Shown here: piece after piece, positions 50,217 to 60,722 of the stretch
How positions within the stretch are numbered: position 1 is the first letter of the stretch
How the letters are laid out: the number at the start of each line of letters is the position of its first letter
Origin: Alphaproteobacteria bacterium
Lineage (GTDB): Bacteria; Pseudomonadota; Alphaproteobacteria; Bin95
Assembly: GCA_963665325.3 (NCBI GenBank)
Contig: CAXXWS020000002.1
Coordinates: forward strand, 928,001 to 992,000
Direction: 5' to 3'
DNA: 64,000 bases
Translations under genes and position numbers: made by a program
Notes under the pieces: generated by a model
What the model was told of the DNA's origin: nothing
Seen by the model: only the letters and a program-made list of their open reading frames with translations
The model's database searches: none

Positions 50217-52286
50217 CCCAAGTTTAACGTTTTGGTGGCCGATTTTGTCGAGGTTGGCCGGCGCGGTGTCATCAAGCCATTGATATTGCTGGATTGAGGT
50301 TTCCGGGGGCGCAATGTAGTGCCATAATATTTTCACTTGGGGATTTCGAGACCTTGCGCCCGCTCCTATGCTGTGCGCCATGTTCATTCGCCGCACCAGG
50401 ACCGGAACCGGCGAGCGCGGCGAGGTCTATTATTCCCATCGCCTTGTTCGCTCGGAGCGCGACGGCGGGAAGATCCGCCAGCGCACCCTGCTCAACCTGG
50501 GGAGCGACTTCCCTGTCGAGCGGCGGCACTGGGCGGTGCTGTGCAGCCGGATCCAGCAGCAGCTCGACCGCCAGGCCGAGCTGGTTTCGCTGTCCTGTCC
50601 GGAGGAGGTCGAGCGGCACGCCCAGCGCATCGCCGCGCAATTGCTCAACAGCGCGCCGTCCGGCGGGACCGGGCGCCCTGACCTGCAGACGGTGGATGTC
50701 GGCTCCCTGGAGCTGATCCGCCCGCGTTCGGTCGGCGTCGAGCATGTCGGGCTGTGGGCCATGGAGCGGCTCGGCCTGGAGGCTTTGCTGGAGCGCCTGG
50801 GCTTCAACGGCACGCAGCGCGCGCTCGCCATGGCCACCGTGATCGCGCGCATGGCGGCGCCGGGCTCGGAGCGCGCCTCCTGGCGCTGGCTGTGCGAGCG
50901 TTCGGCGCTCGGCGAGTTGCTGGGGGTGGACTTCGAGCGCATGAGCATGATGCGCCTGTACCGCGCCTCCGACGCCCTGATGGCGCAGCGCGCGGCGATC
51001 GAGGCGCATCTGTTCGATCGGGCGACGGATCTGTTCGGCCTGCGCCACACGGTGACGCTGTACGACCTGACCAACACCTTCTTCGAGGGCGCGGCGGCGG
51101 CCCAGGCCAAGGCCGAACGCGGCCATTCCAAGGAGAAGCGCTCGGATTGCCCGCTCTTGACCCTGGGGCTGGTGCTCGACGGCTCGGGCTTCGTGCGCCG
51201 CTCCGAGGTGTTCTCGGGCGCGGTCAACGAAGACAGGACCCTGGCGTCGATGCTCGGCGCCCTGGGCGCGCCGGCGGACGCGCTGGTGGTGATGGATGCG
51301 GGGATCGCCACCGAGGCCAACATCGCCTGGCTGCGCGCGAACGGCTACCGCTATCTCGCGGTCAGCCGGGAACGCACCCGCCGCTTCGATCCCGAGCTGG
51401 CGCTGGCCATCGAGACCCGGTCGCGCCAGACGGTCCATGTCCACAAGGCGGTCGACGCCGAAGCTGGAGAGGCGCGGCTCTACTGCTACTCCGAGGCGCG
51501 GGCGAAGAAGGAACAGGGCATCGCAAACCGCTTCGCCGCGCGCTTCGAGGGCGAGATGCAGAAGCTCCACGACGGCCTCAAGCGGCCGCGCACCCGCAAG
51601 CGGCTCGACCATGTCTGGCAGCGGATCGGCCGGATCAGGGAGAAGAGCCGCGGCGCCGCGGCCCACTACGACATCGACGTCATCGCCGACGAAAGCGGCG
51701 AGAAGGCCCGGGCCGTCACATGGGAGCGCCGCCCGCTCGCCGGCACCATGGCCACCCATCCCGGCGTTTACTGCCTGCGCACCAACGTCGAGGACTGGGA
51801 CGAGGAGGCGCTGTGGCGGACCTATACCTCGCTCACCGATGTGGAGGCGGTGTTCCGATCGCTCAAGTCGGAACTCGGCCTGCGCCCCATCTTCCACCAG
51901 ACCCAGAGGCGCTCCGACGGCCACCTGTTCATCACCGTGATCGCCTACCAGATGGTGCAGACCATCCGCCGGCGCCTCGCCGAGCACGGCGAACACGCCA
52001 GCTGGGCCAGCCTGCGAGCCATCCTCGAAGGCCAGCAGCGGGTCACCGCGACCTTCAGGCGCAAGGACGGACGCACCTTGCATGTCCGCAAGGCCACACG
52101 GGCCGAGCCCGAACAGCAAGAAATCTATCGCGCGCTCGGCATCGACCCCGCCCCTGGAGGCATCAGGAAAATGATCGTCTGATCCCGAACCGGGCGAAAT
52201 AACCGAAATGTAGTGCCAGACGCGAAATTATTGCTCCGTAAGGCATTGATAATCAATGATCTTCAAAATGCTCTGTTAAACTTGGG
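50217..52286 (+). mobile_element. IS1634-family insertion sequence (2070 bp)
   Basis: Perfect 12-bp IR CCCAAGTTTAAC / GTTAAACTTGGG; target duplication TTAG. Confidence 0.93.
50380..52182 (+). CDS. IS1634-family DDE transposase
   Basis: MFIRRT.., LYDLTNTFFEG, GHSKEKRSD, VMDAGI, EAVFRSLKSELGLRPIFH. Confidence 0.93.
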   Translation: MFIRRTRTGTGERGEVYYSHRLVRSERDGGKIRQRTLLNLGSDFPVERRHWAVLCSRIQQQLDRQAELVSLSCPEEVERHAQRIAAQLLNSAPSGGTGRPDLQTVDVGSLELIRPRSVGVEHVGLWAMERLGLEALLERLGFNGTQRALAMATVIARMAAPGSERASWRWLCERSALGELLGVDFERMSMMRLYRASDALMAQRAAIEAHLFDRATDLFGLRHTVTLYDLTNTFFEGAAAAQAKAERGHSKEKRSDCPLLTLGLVLDGSGFVRRSEVFSGAVNEDRTLASMLGALGAPADALVVMDAGIATEANIAWLRANGYRYLAVSRERTRRFDPELALAIETRSRQTVHVHKAVDAEAGEARLYCYSEARAKKEQGIANRFAARFEGEMQKLHDGLKRPRTRKRLDHVWQRIGRIREKSRGAAAHYDIDVIADESGEKARAVTWERRPLAGTMATHPGVYCLRTNVEDWDEEALWRTYTSLTDVEAVFRSLKSELGLRPIFHQTQRRSDGHLFITVIAYQMVQTIRRRLAEHGEHASWASLRAILEGQQRVTATFRRKDGRTLHVRKATRAEPEQQEIYRALGIDPAPGGIRKMIV

Positions 52287-52588
52287 TTAGGCGAAAGTCC
52301 GATGAAGAGCTCGCCCGCGCCGACACGCCTCAACCGGCGATGACCTTCCTCACCTGCCCGGCGAACGGGGTTGTGGGACCGATCCATCCGAAGGCCATGC
52401 CCGTCATACTGCGCACGGAGGAAGAGTTCGAGACCTGGCTCTCGGGCAGCGCCGAGGAAGCGGCGGCGCTGCAGCGGCCCCTGCCGGACGACCTGCTCGA
52501 AATCGCATTCGTCGGCGCGAAGTCGGACGGTGCTGGGCAGTGACTCCGCCGCGCAAGGCGGGACAGTTTCGCCGTCTTTGCACCGCTG

Positions 52589-52771
52589 TTACCGCAGGCC
52601 GGCCTCCGGCTCGTAAGCATCGGGGTCGAAGTCGTCGAACGCGCCCGCTATCGCCTCGCGCATGGCCGCGTCTAGGTCTGCCTTCAGCGCGTAGAACTGG
52701 CGTGCGCCATCCCGCTCCATCAGCCCGCGAGCGTAAGCCTCTATCGGCCCGGTCAGGGGGACATTGGGCAT
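52589..52771 (-). pseudogene. Internally deleted ParD-like (CC2985-type) antitoxin remnant
   Basis: GGAGG RBS; MPNVPLTGPIEAY joined directly to LMERDGARQFYALKADL; lacks the G-x-Y..SEVVR RHH core; no toxin follows. Confidence 0.55.
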
Positions 52772-52859
52772 CCGGGCCACCTCCATGTCGAATAATGTCG
52801 GATACTGCCAGACGATGCGGACTTCGTCGAGATCGGCAAAGCCGGTATGCCGGCCGCCG

Positions 52860-53549
52860 TCAGGAAACCTCCCTCGCCACGCGGTAGTTCCGCACATGGT
52901 CGGGCAGGGCGGTGCCGGGGTCCTGGCGGTCGTCGGGGATCGGGTCGCCCGGTGTCTTCGGAACGAACGGGATGACGCCCGCCCAGACCGGATGGCCGTA
53001 ATCCTCGTCGTCATCGACCGGACCGCCGGTGCGCACCTTGGCTGCCGCTTCGTCGATGGGCATGCCGAGGATGGTCGTCGCCTTGACCTCCTGTTCGTTG
53101 ATCTCGCGAAGCTGCTCCCAGCGGCCGGGGAACATCTGCTCGACGAAGATGCGCATACGCTCGATCTTGTCGTCGCGGCGCGTGATCTTGTGCGCGGTGC
53201 CGAACAGCATGGCCGAGCGGTAATTCACCGAGTGGTGCATGCCCGAGCGCGCCAGCATCAGGCCGTCCAGCTCGGAGACCGTGAGGCAGACCTCGTAACC
53301 CGCGGACTTGCGCAGCATCCGGCTCGCCGAGGACCCGTGCCAGTAGATATGGTCCCCCTCCCGCCAGTAGAGCGTCGGCGTGACCACCGGGGCGCCGTCC
53401 AGCACATAGCCCACATGCGCGAGCAGGCAGGCGTCCAGAATTCCGTAGAGCCTCTGCTTGTCGTAATGCCCGCGTTCATATTTGCGGCGCAGGCGGGAGC
53501 GATTGCTGGGCGCGGTATTGCGCACGGCGGGTCCTTTCGTTTGTGTCAT
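52860..53549 (-). CDS. Pyridoxamine 5'-phosphate oxidase-like flavin-binding protein
   Basis: RGHYD, YWHGSSASRM, HHSVNYRSA, AKVRTGGP.DD, WAGVIP. Confidence 0.88.
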   Translation of the reverse strand: MTQTKGPAVRNTAPSNRSRLRRKYERGHYDKQRLYGILDACLLAHVGYVLDGAPVVTPTLYWREGDHIYWHGSSASRMLRKSAGYEVCLTVSELDGLMLARSGMHHSVNYRSAMLFGTAHKITRRDDKIERMRIFVEQMFPGRWEQLREINEQEVKATTILGMPIDEAAAKVRTGGPVDDDEDYGHPVWAGVIPFVPKTPGDPIPDDRQDPGTALPDHVRNYRVAREVS

Positions 53550-53559
53550 CGTCCGTCGA

Positions 53560-54414
53560 TCACGCCGGCAGCCTTACGCGGCAGTCGGCCAGCGGCAGGC
53601 CGGGCGTCTCGACCCGGGTGCGGAAGACGGTGCCGCAATTCTCGTGCGGCCCGCCGCGCGAGCCGGTGACGATGTAGAGGTCGCGCAGGTCGGCGCCGCC
53701 GAAGCACACGCTGGTGACCATCGGCAGCGCCACCGGGACGGAGCGGGCCTCCTCGCCCTCCGGCGAGAAAACGGCGACCCGCCCGCCATGTGCGAGCGCC
53801 ACCCACACCGTGCCGTCGGCCGCCACCGCCAGCCCGTCCGGCACATCGCCGGGTATCTGCGCGAACACCCGCCAGGGCGAGACATTGCCTGCCGTGTCCA
53901 CGTCATAGACGCGGACGAGTTCCGCGCGCGCGTCCGAGTGGTAGAGCCGCGTTCCGTCCGGCGAGAAACCCATACCGTTGGTCAGCATCACGCCGTCCGA
54001 GAGCGTGTGCGCGCTGCCGTCGAGATCGACCCTGTGCAGATGGCCCGGCCGCGGCTCCTCCCCGCCGAACACCCGGAAGGCGAGCGAGCCCGCCCAGAGG
54101 CGGCCCTGCGCATCGGTCGTGAAATCGTTGAAGCCGATGGCGTGCTCGGTCACATCGTTGTCGAGCAGCACCCGGCTCGGGCCTCCGGCGAAGCTCTTGA
54201 AGGCCAGGTTTCGCCCGCCGACGACCAGCCCGTCGGCCTCGTGCAGCGCCATGCCTCCGATGCCCCGGCGGTGCGGGAACTGCTCCGAGACGCTGCCGTC
54301 CGCGTCCAGCCGGAACACGCCGCCGTTCGGCACGTCGGAGTAGTAGAGGCACTGCCGGGCCGGATCCCAGACAGGCCCCTCGATCAGCCCGTAGCCGGTC
54401 GCGAGTTGTTCCAT
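53560..54414 (-). CDS. SMP-30/gluconolactonase family protein
   Basis: IEGPVWD, FNDF, NGMGFSPD, PDGLAV, TSVCFGG. Confidence 0.9.
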   Translation of the reverse strand: MEQLATGYGLIEGPVWDPARQCLYYSDVPNGGVFRLDADGSVSEQFPHRRGIGGMALHEADGLVVGGRNLAFKSFAGGPSRVLLDNDVTEHAIGFNDFTTDAQGRLWAGSLAFRVFGGEEPRPGHLHRVDLDGSAHTLSDGVMLTNGMGFSPDGTRLYHSDARAELVRVYDVDTAGNVSPWRVFAQIPGDVPDGLAVAADGTVWVALAHGGRVAVFSPEGEEARSVPVALPMVTSVCFGGADLRDLYIVTGSRGGPHENCGTVFRTRVETPGLPLADCRVRLPA

Positions 54415-54430
54415 TCCGTCCTGCGCCCCG

Positions 54431-54889
54431 CTATCCGGTCTGCACCTTGATGGGCACGTCGTCGTCCCAGGGAAAGACGATCCAGGTGTCCTGGCTCACC
54501 TGCGTGACGGTGGTATCGACCATCGGGCGCCCTGCCGGCTTGGCATAGACGGTCGCGAAATGCGCCTTGGGCAGCATGCCGCGCACGATCTTCGCAGTGA
54601 CGCCTGTATCCACAAGGTCGTCCACGATCAGCAGGCCCTCGCCGTCCTCGCCTTCCAGCGCCTTGAGCACCACCGGATCGCGATGCTCGCGGTCGTCATA
54701 GGAGGAGATGCAGACGGTCTCGACGAAGCGCAGCTCCAGTTCGCGCGCCACGATGGCGGCCGGCACCAGCCCGCCCCGCGCAATGCCGACAACGCCCCGG
54801 AACGGACCCGCTTCGCTCAGCCGCCAGGCCAGTGCCCGCGTATCCCGGTGCAGGTCATCCCAGGTGACAGGAAACGATCTCTGTGCCAT
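54431..54889 (-). CDS. gpt: Xanthine phosphoribosyltransferase
   Basis: [41 protein letters not shown]. Confidence 0.94.
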   Translation of the reverse strand: MAQRSFPVTWDDLHRDTRALAWRLSEAGPFRGVVGIARGGLVPAAIVARELELRFVETVCISSYDDREHRDPVVLKALEGEDGEGLLIVDDLVDTGVTAKIVRGMLPKAHFATVYAKPAGRPMVDTTVTQVSQDTWIVFPWDDDVPIKVQTG

Positions 54890-55045
54890 GCCCGGATTTC
54901 TCACCAATGTCGTGGTCTGCGCGGCGCTGTCGAGCCGGCAGGGAAGGAAAGACGCGTAGCGCGATGCGGCGCATCGGGCAAGCGGATTGACGCACCATGC
55001 CGACCCGACAGCGCCGCCCTTCGGGTCGCGCCCAGGCGTCCGCCC

Positions 55046-55145
55046 GCGGCGGCGCAAACGCCGCCATCTATACGAAATGCCGCGTTGCGCGCGGCGGCGT
55101 AACCGCCGCGATCCAAACAAACTGCCGCGTTGCGCGCGGCGGCGC
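55046..55145. repeat. 45-bp tandem repeat (about 2.2 copies) with hairpins, REP/BIME-like
   Basis: GCGGCGGCG(CAAA/TAAC)CGCCGC.ATC.A.AC.AA.TGCCGCGTTGCGC twice plus a partial copy. Confidence 0.75.
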
Positions 55146-55243
55146 GGGCCTCAACCGTAGCCCCCGCTACGCTCTTCGGCCCGGTCCTTGCGGATCGAGC
55201 GCGTGGACGCGACGCAGGCCGTGACATTGGTGAGAATTCCGGG

Positions 55244-56434
<1,191 letters not shown>

Positions 56435-56466
56435 CGCCGTTCCCCCTTCTCCGTCGGCGCTAAAGG

Positions 56467-57384
56467 CTAGGCGCGCGCCAGGGCGGCGACAAGGGCGACG
56501 GCGGCCTTCATCTCCCGGTGCAGGTCGCGGGCCTCGTCCACGGGGTCCTCGGCGATACCGGGCAGGATGGGGCGGCGGGTGCGCAGCTTGAGCAGCGCGG
56601 CGGTGCCGTCCAGGCGAAGTTCCGCGGAGTCGGCATCCGCTGCCTTGCAGAGCGTGGCCATCGCATCGGCCAGCGCGGGTGTTGCCAGCCGTCCGGCGTC
56701 CTCCGGGTCCAGGGTCCAGACTTCCAGCGCGCCCGACTCCCGCCGGCGTAACTCCGGCATGGCCGCGCTGAGGTCGGCGAGCCATTCCATCGCCATGTCG
56801 CGGCGGGTGAAGGCGAAGGCCATGCCGGCGGTCGGCCGCAAGCCCTCCACGGCGAGCACGGCGCCGCGAAACACCTCCTTCATCTTGCCCGTGGTCACAA
56901 GCGATTCGAGCTTTGCGGGCCCGCCCCTGGTGAGCGCCGCGCGGGCATAGCCGAAGGCGAGGCCCTCATGCTCGCCGCGAACCAGGTCGCCGCCGGTATA
57001 GTCCGACCAGCGGGCGAACATGCGCGAACGCTTCAGCACCTCCTCGGCGATTCGTCCGCCCGGCAGATAGTCGAAATCCCCGAGCGTCCCCAGCACCAGC
57101 GGTGCGAGCGCACTCTTCTCGCCCAGGAGCTGGCGGCGGGAGGGCGCGAGCGCCCAGATCAGCATGGCTGCGAAGCAGGCCGCGCCCACGACCACCAGAA
57201 TCTGGAGCCGGCTCTCTCCCAACCGCCAGCCTCCGGCCCAGGCAAGCAGGAGCGCGAGCCCGAAGGAAAGGCCGACCGCAAGCGTCGCGAACCCCCGCTG
57301 GCGCAGCGTCCGGTCGGTCTCCGCCCGACGCTGGCTGACCAGCGCGGCCGCCTCGCGAAGCTCGCGCGTCGAAAGCGCCGTCAT
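56467..57384 (-). CDS. Hypothetical membrane protein (DUF3137-like architecture)
   Basis: Two N-terminal TM helices, then a soluble domain with GDLVRG and VFRG motifs. Confidence 0.55.
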   Translation of the reverse strand: MTALSTRELREAAALVSQRRAETDRTLRQRGFATLAVGLSFGLALLLAWAGGWRLGESRLQILVVVGAACFAAMLIWALAPSRRQLLGEKSALAPLVLGTLGDFDYLPGGRIAEEVLKRSRMFARWSDYTGGDLVRGEHEGLAFGYARAALTRGGPAKLESLVTTGKMKEVFRGAVLAVEGLRPTAGMAFAFTRRDMAMEWLADLSAAMPELRRRESGALEVWTLDPEDAGRLATPALADAMATLCKAADADSAELRLDGTAALLKLRTRRPILPGIAEDPVDEARDLHREMKAAVALVAALARA

Positions 57385-57571
57385 CGCGCCGTGGACTGCC
57401 GATTGACTGTCATGCCGCCAAGATAGCGGCTAACCCGCTCCGCCTCGACTCCCCCGCGCGGAACTCCTCGCGCGGAAGTGGACGTCCCGGGTAGGGGCCC
57501 TCCTGCGAAAAATGCCCTCAGTCAGCCACTACGAGGATTTTCGTGTCTAGTGAGTGATCTCGCGCCGACGA

Positions 57572-58060
57572 TCAATCCGGATCGTCCGCCGGCAGAGCAA
57601 TCGGCGCAATCCGGCCGACGATGCCCCGGGGAAACTTGTAGCCCTCGAAATTCGGCCGCCCAAATACTTTTCTGCAGAGTTCGGTCAGCATTTCGATATC
57701 TTCCTCATCATTATCCCACACGAATTCACCGCCTGCCCTTACTGCGCCCCACATCAAATTGGCCATGAAATTACTTACTCCGTTGTTCTTCAGAAGTGTA
57801 AAAAACAAGTCGTCTGTAATGTCCCTGTCCGCTTGGTGGTTATAGTACATCCAGTCATGGATAAGGGACGGCAGCATTACGTCCGGATGAAAGGGAGTAT
57901 AGGTAAACATCCACGCGGGCGCCGGGATGCTCGCTCCGTCGAATCTGAAATATTTGGGCACGATCACCGCAACGTTATCGAGCTCCAGCTTGTAATCGCG
58001 CGACAGCTCGTAAGTATTTTCCGTTGCATGCGGGATGACGATGGGTTGCTTCAGGGCCAT
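57572..58060 (-). CDS. DUF1353 family protein (phage-associated)
   Basis: VPKYFRFDGASIP, LIHDWMY, DDLFF..L..GV, MWGAVRAGG; lower GC; start uncertain. Confidence 0.75.
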   Translation of the reverse strand: MALKQPIVIPHATENTYELSRDYKLELDNVAVIVPKYFRFDGASIPAPAWMFTYTPFHPDVMLPSLIHDWMYYNHQADRDITDDLFFTLLKNNGVSNFMANLMWGAVRAGGEFVWDNDEEDIEMLTELCRKVFGRPNFEGYKFPRGIVGRIAPIALPADDPD

Positions 58061-58435
58061 GCGGAGATTCCCGGAGTCAGGTTGAGACCCGCTGCGGGCA
58101 GGCGACAGCGAACTGCCTGACCGTGTCGAGGCTTGAAGGTGAGTGGTCGAAAACACCCGCCATCGCTGCCGTCGCCCCTATCGAAGGAGCCAACAGGAAG
58201 TAGTGTGTATGTTTGTTCATTATATTGCAAGAATAGACATTATCATTCTATTCATGTCCGGAAGCATTCGACCGATCGCTGAAATTCAGAAACGGGGGAG
58301 CCGACCTCGTTGCCGCGCAGGGGGCGCGGTCCGTCGTCTCCCATGCCGCAAAAGGGCGCATCCGGGTCGGAAACGGGCGTATTGCGCCCGCCTGTCCTGT
58401 CACGCTCTCCGTTCGGCAAACAGGAGAGGACGGCC

Positions 58436-59518
58436 ATGACCGGATCGTTTACTGAACGCTTGGCGGCCGGGGAGGCTGTCATCCACGGCAGCGGCTACCT
58501 CTTCGAGATGGAGCGGCGCGGCTACCTTGCGGCCGGCGGCTATGTGCCTGAAGTCGTGATCGACCATCCGGAGGTCGTCGAGCAACTGCACGAGGAACTG
58601 GTGCGCTGCGGTTCGGATGTGGTCCTCGCCTTCACCTATTACGGCCACCGCGAGAGATTGCGCCTCATCGGCCGGGAACATCTGCTGGAGCAGCTCAACC
58701 GCGACGCCATCGCCATCGCCCGCAGGGTCGTCGACCGCCATCCCGGCACGCTGCTCGCCGGCGGGACCTGCAATACCAACATGTACGACCCCGACGACCC
58801 GGCGACGGATGCGACCGCCCGCGCCATGTTCGAGGAGCAGGTCGGCTGGGCGGCCGAAGAGGGCGTCGATTACATCGTCTGCGAGACGCTGTCGCATCTC
58901 GGCGAAGCAAGGATCGCCATAGACGTCTGCAACCGGGCCGGCCTGCCTCTGGTGCTCGGTTTCGCCATCCACCGCTCGGGCAGGCTCAGGGACTTCGACG
59001 GCTCGCTCGCCGAGGCCTGCCGCATCTGCCTGGACGAAGGCGCGCATCTGGTCGGCTTCAACTGCCACCGGGGGCCGGCGACCATGTACCCGCTCCTCCG
59101 CGAGGTTGCCGAAGAGGTGGACCCGGCGCGGCTCTGCACCTGGGCCGTTGCCTACCGAACAACCGCGCTGCAGCCGGCCTTCGGCGCGCTGGTGGACGAC
59201 GCCATGCCGTTTCCCGAAGCGCTGCCGGGCGGGCTCAGCTTTCCGGTCGGGCTCGATCCCTTCCAGTGCACGCGTTACGAGATGGGCGATTTCGCCGGCA
59301 AGTGCCACGAACTGGGCCTGCGCTATTTCGGCGGCTGCTGCGGCACCGGCCCGCACCATGTCCGCGCGATGGCGGAGGCCATCGGGCGCACGCCCCTGGC
59401 GAGCCGCTACAGCCCCGACATGTCGAAGCACTACGCGCTCGGGGACGATGAGAGGCTCCTCAAGCACAACCGGGACTACGTGCCGCAATTCATAGCCGAG
59501 CCGAGGCGCCCCGGTTGA
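58436..59518 (+). CDS. Homocysteine S-methyltransferase family (BHMT-like)
   Basis: GYLFEMERRGY, FTYYGHRE, GFNC, GGCCG zinc ligands. Confidence 0.9.
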   Translation: MTGSFTERLAAGEAVIHGSGYLFEMERRGYLAAGGYVPEVVIDHPEVVEQLHEELVRCGSDVVLAFTYYGHRERLRLIGREHLLEQLNRDAIAIARRVVDRHPGTLLAGGTCNTNMYDPDDPATDATARAMFEEQVGWAAEEGVDYIVCETLSHLGEARIAIDVCNRAGLPLVLGFAIHRSGRLRDFDGSLAEACRICLDEGAHLVGFNCHRGPATMYPLLREVAEEVDPARLCTWAVAYRTTALQPAFGALVDDAMPFPEALPGGLSFPVGLDPFQCTRYEMGDFAGKCHELGLRYFGGCCGTGPHHVRAMAEAIGRTPLASRYSPDMSKHYALGDDERLLKHNRDYVPQFIAEPRRPG

Positions 59519-59571
59519 AGGCAGACGCCCATCGGTCGTAAACCTGCCCGCAGGGTGAAGAGGGAGCCCTC

Positions 59572-60513
59572 ATGCGGATTACGGTTTACGGCGCGGGCGC
59601 CATCGGCGGCCACCTGGCGGTTTCTCTGGCGAGCGCGGGCGCAGAGGTTTCGGTCGTCGCGCGCGGCGCGCATCTCGACGCGATCCGGGAGCGCGGGCTC
59701 CGTATGGGCGAACGCACGGTCCGGGTGCCGGCGAGCGCCGATGCGGCGGAGTTCGGCCTGCAGGACGCCGTGTTCATCACGCTCAAGAGCCACCAGCTTC
59801 CGGCGGCGCTGCAGGGCATTTCGGCGTTGCTCGGGCCGGAGACGGTCGTGGTAACGGCCATGAACGGGCTGCCCTACTGGTACTTCCACGGCCAGGGCGG
59901 CAGGCGCATCGAGAGTGTCGACCCCGGCGGACGCATCTGGCAGGCGATCGGGCCCGGGCGCGCCATCGGCTGCATCACCTTCGTCGCGGCCGATGTCTCC
60001 GCTCCCGGCGTGGTCCACCATACCGGCGGCGCGGAATACCGGATCGGCGAGCCCGACGGCAGCGACTCGCTCCGGCTCGCCGCGCTTGCAGGCGTACTGC
60101 GCGGCGCCGGCATCGGTGTCGAGGTCAGCACGGACATCCGCACCGATATCTGGCTTAAGCTGCTCGCCAATGTCTCCGTGGCTCCGGTCTCCGCGCTTGC
60201 CTGCGCAACCGTCGGTGAGGCAGCGCGGGACGACAGCGCGCGCGATGTGATCCGCCGGGCGATGGAAGAGTGCAAGGCCGTCGCCCGCGCTTTCGGAGTG
60301 GAGATCCCGATCTCGACGGAGGACCGCATCGAAAAGACCGCCGCCTTCGACACCCACCGGCCGTCCCTGCTGCAGGACATCGAGCGCGGCCGCCCGCCGG
60401 AACTCGACCCGACCCTGGGCGCGGTGCGCGAACTTGGCGGCATGGAGGGCGTCGAAACCCCTGTGCTCGACGCCCTCCATGCGCTAACCCACCTGCGCGC
60501 AGCCGCGAACTGA
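59572..60513 (+). CDS. Ketopantoate reductase family (PanE/ApbA)
   Basis: GAGAIGG, NGLPYW, WLKL, PSLLQDIE.GRP.E. Confidence 0.9.
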   Translation: MRITVYGAGAIGGHLAVSLASAGAEVSVVARGAHLDAIRERGLRMGERTVRVPASADAAEFGLQDAVFITLKSHQLPAALQGISALLGPETVVVTAMNGLPYWYFHGQGGRRIESVDPGGRIWQAIGPGRAIGCITFVAADVSAPGVVHHTGGAEYRIGEPDGSDSLRLAALAGVLRGAGIGVEVSTDIRTDIWLKLLANVSVAPVSALACATVGEAARDDSARDVIRRAMEECKAVARAFGVEIPISTEDRIEKTAAFDTHRPSLLQDIERGRPPELDPTLGAVRELGGMEGVETPVLDALHALTHLRAAAN

Positions 60514-60722
60514 CCGGCCTCGGACGGAGAAGGTTTTCTTCCGACTTCAAGGGTGGCGCAGGGAATGCATGCCGATTTCCGCGCCCTCTTGTTTCCTCTT
60601 TTGTTCCGAACCATTCTGTCGTGCCGTTACGGGCAGCGGCCCCCGGCCGGGCGACCCGCCGACTTGACGATACCGGGACGCCGCAGCTAGACGTGAGTGC
60701 AGGAGGCAGTCAACGCCGTTCC

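Larger units (their letters stand above)
49780..52543 (+). pseudogene. SOS response-associated peptidase (SRAP/YedK) interrupted by IS1634
   Basis: TTG-Cys start MCNLF; TNAR, RCLVPATSFAE; joining 49780-50216 to 52291-52543 restores ...KGLR|RKSD..IHPKAMPVIL (229 aa). Confidence 0.92.

Noticed and set aside
55046-55145. Mini CRISPR array
   Set aside because: The putative spacers resemble each other, there are only about 2 units, and no cas genes are present
58260-58435. SAM/SAH riboswitch upstream of the homocysteine methyltransferase
   Set aside because: No SAM-II, SAM-SAH or SAH consensus recognisable by eye
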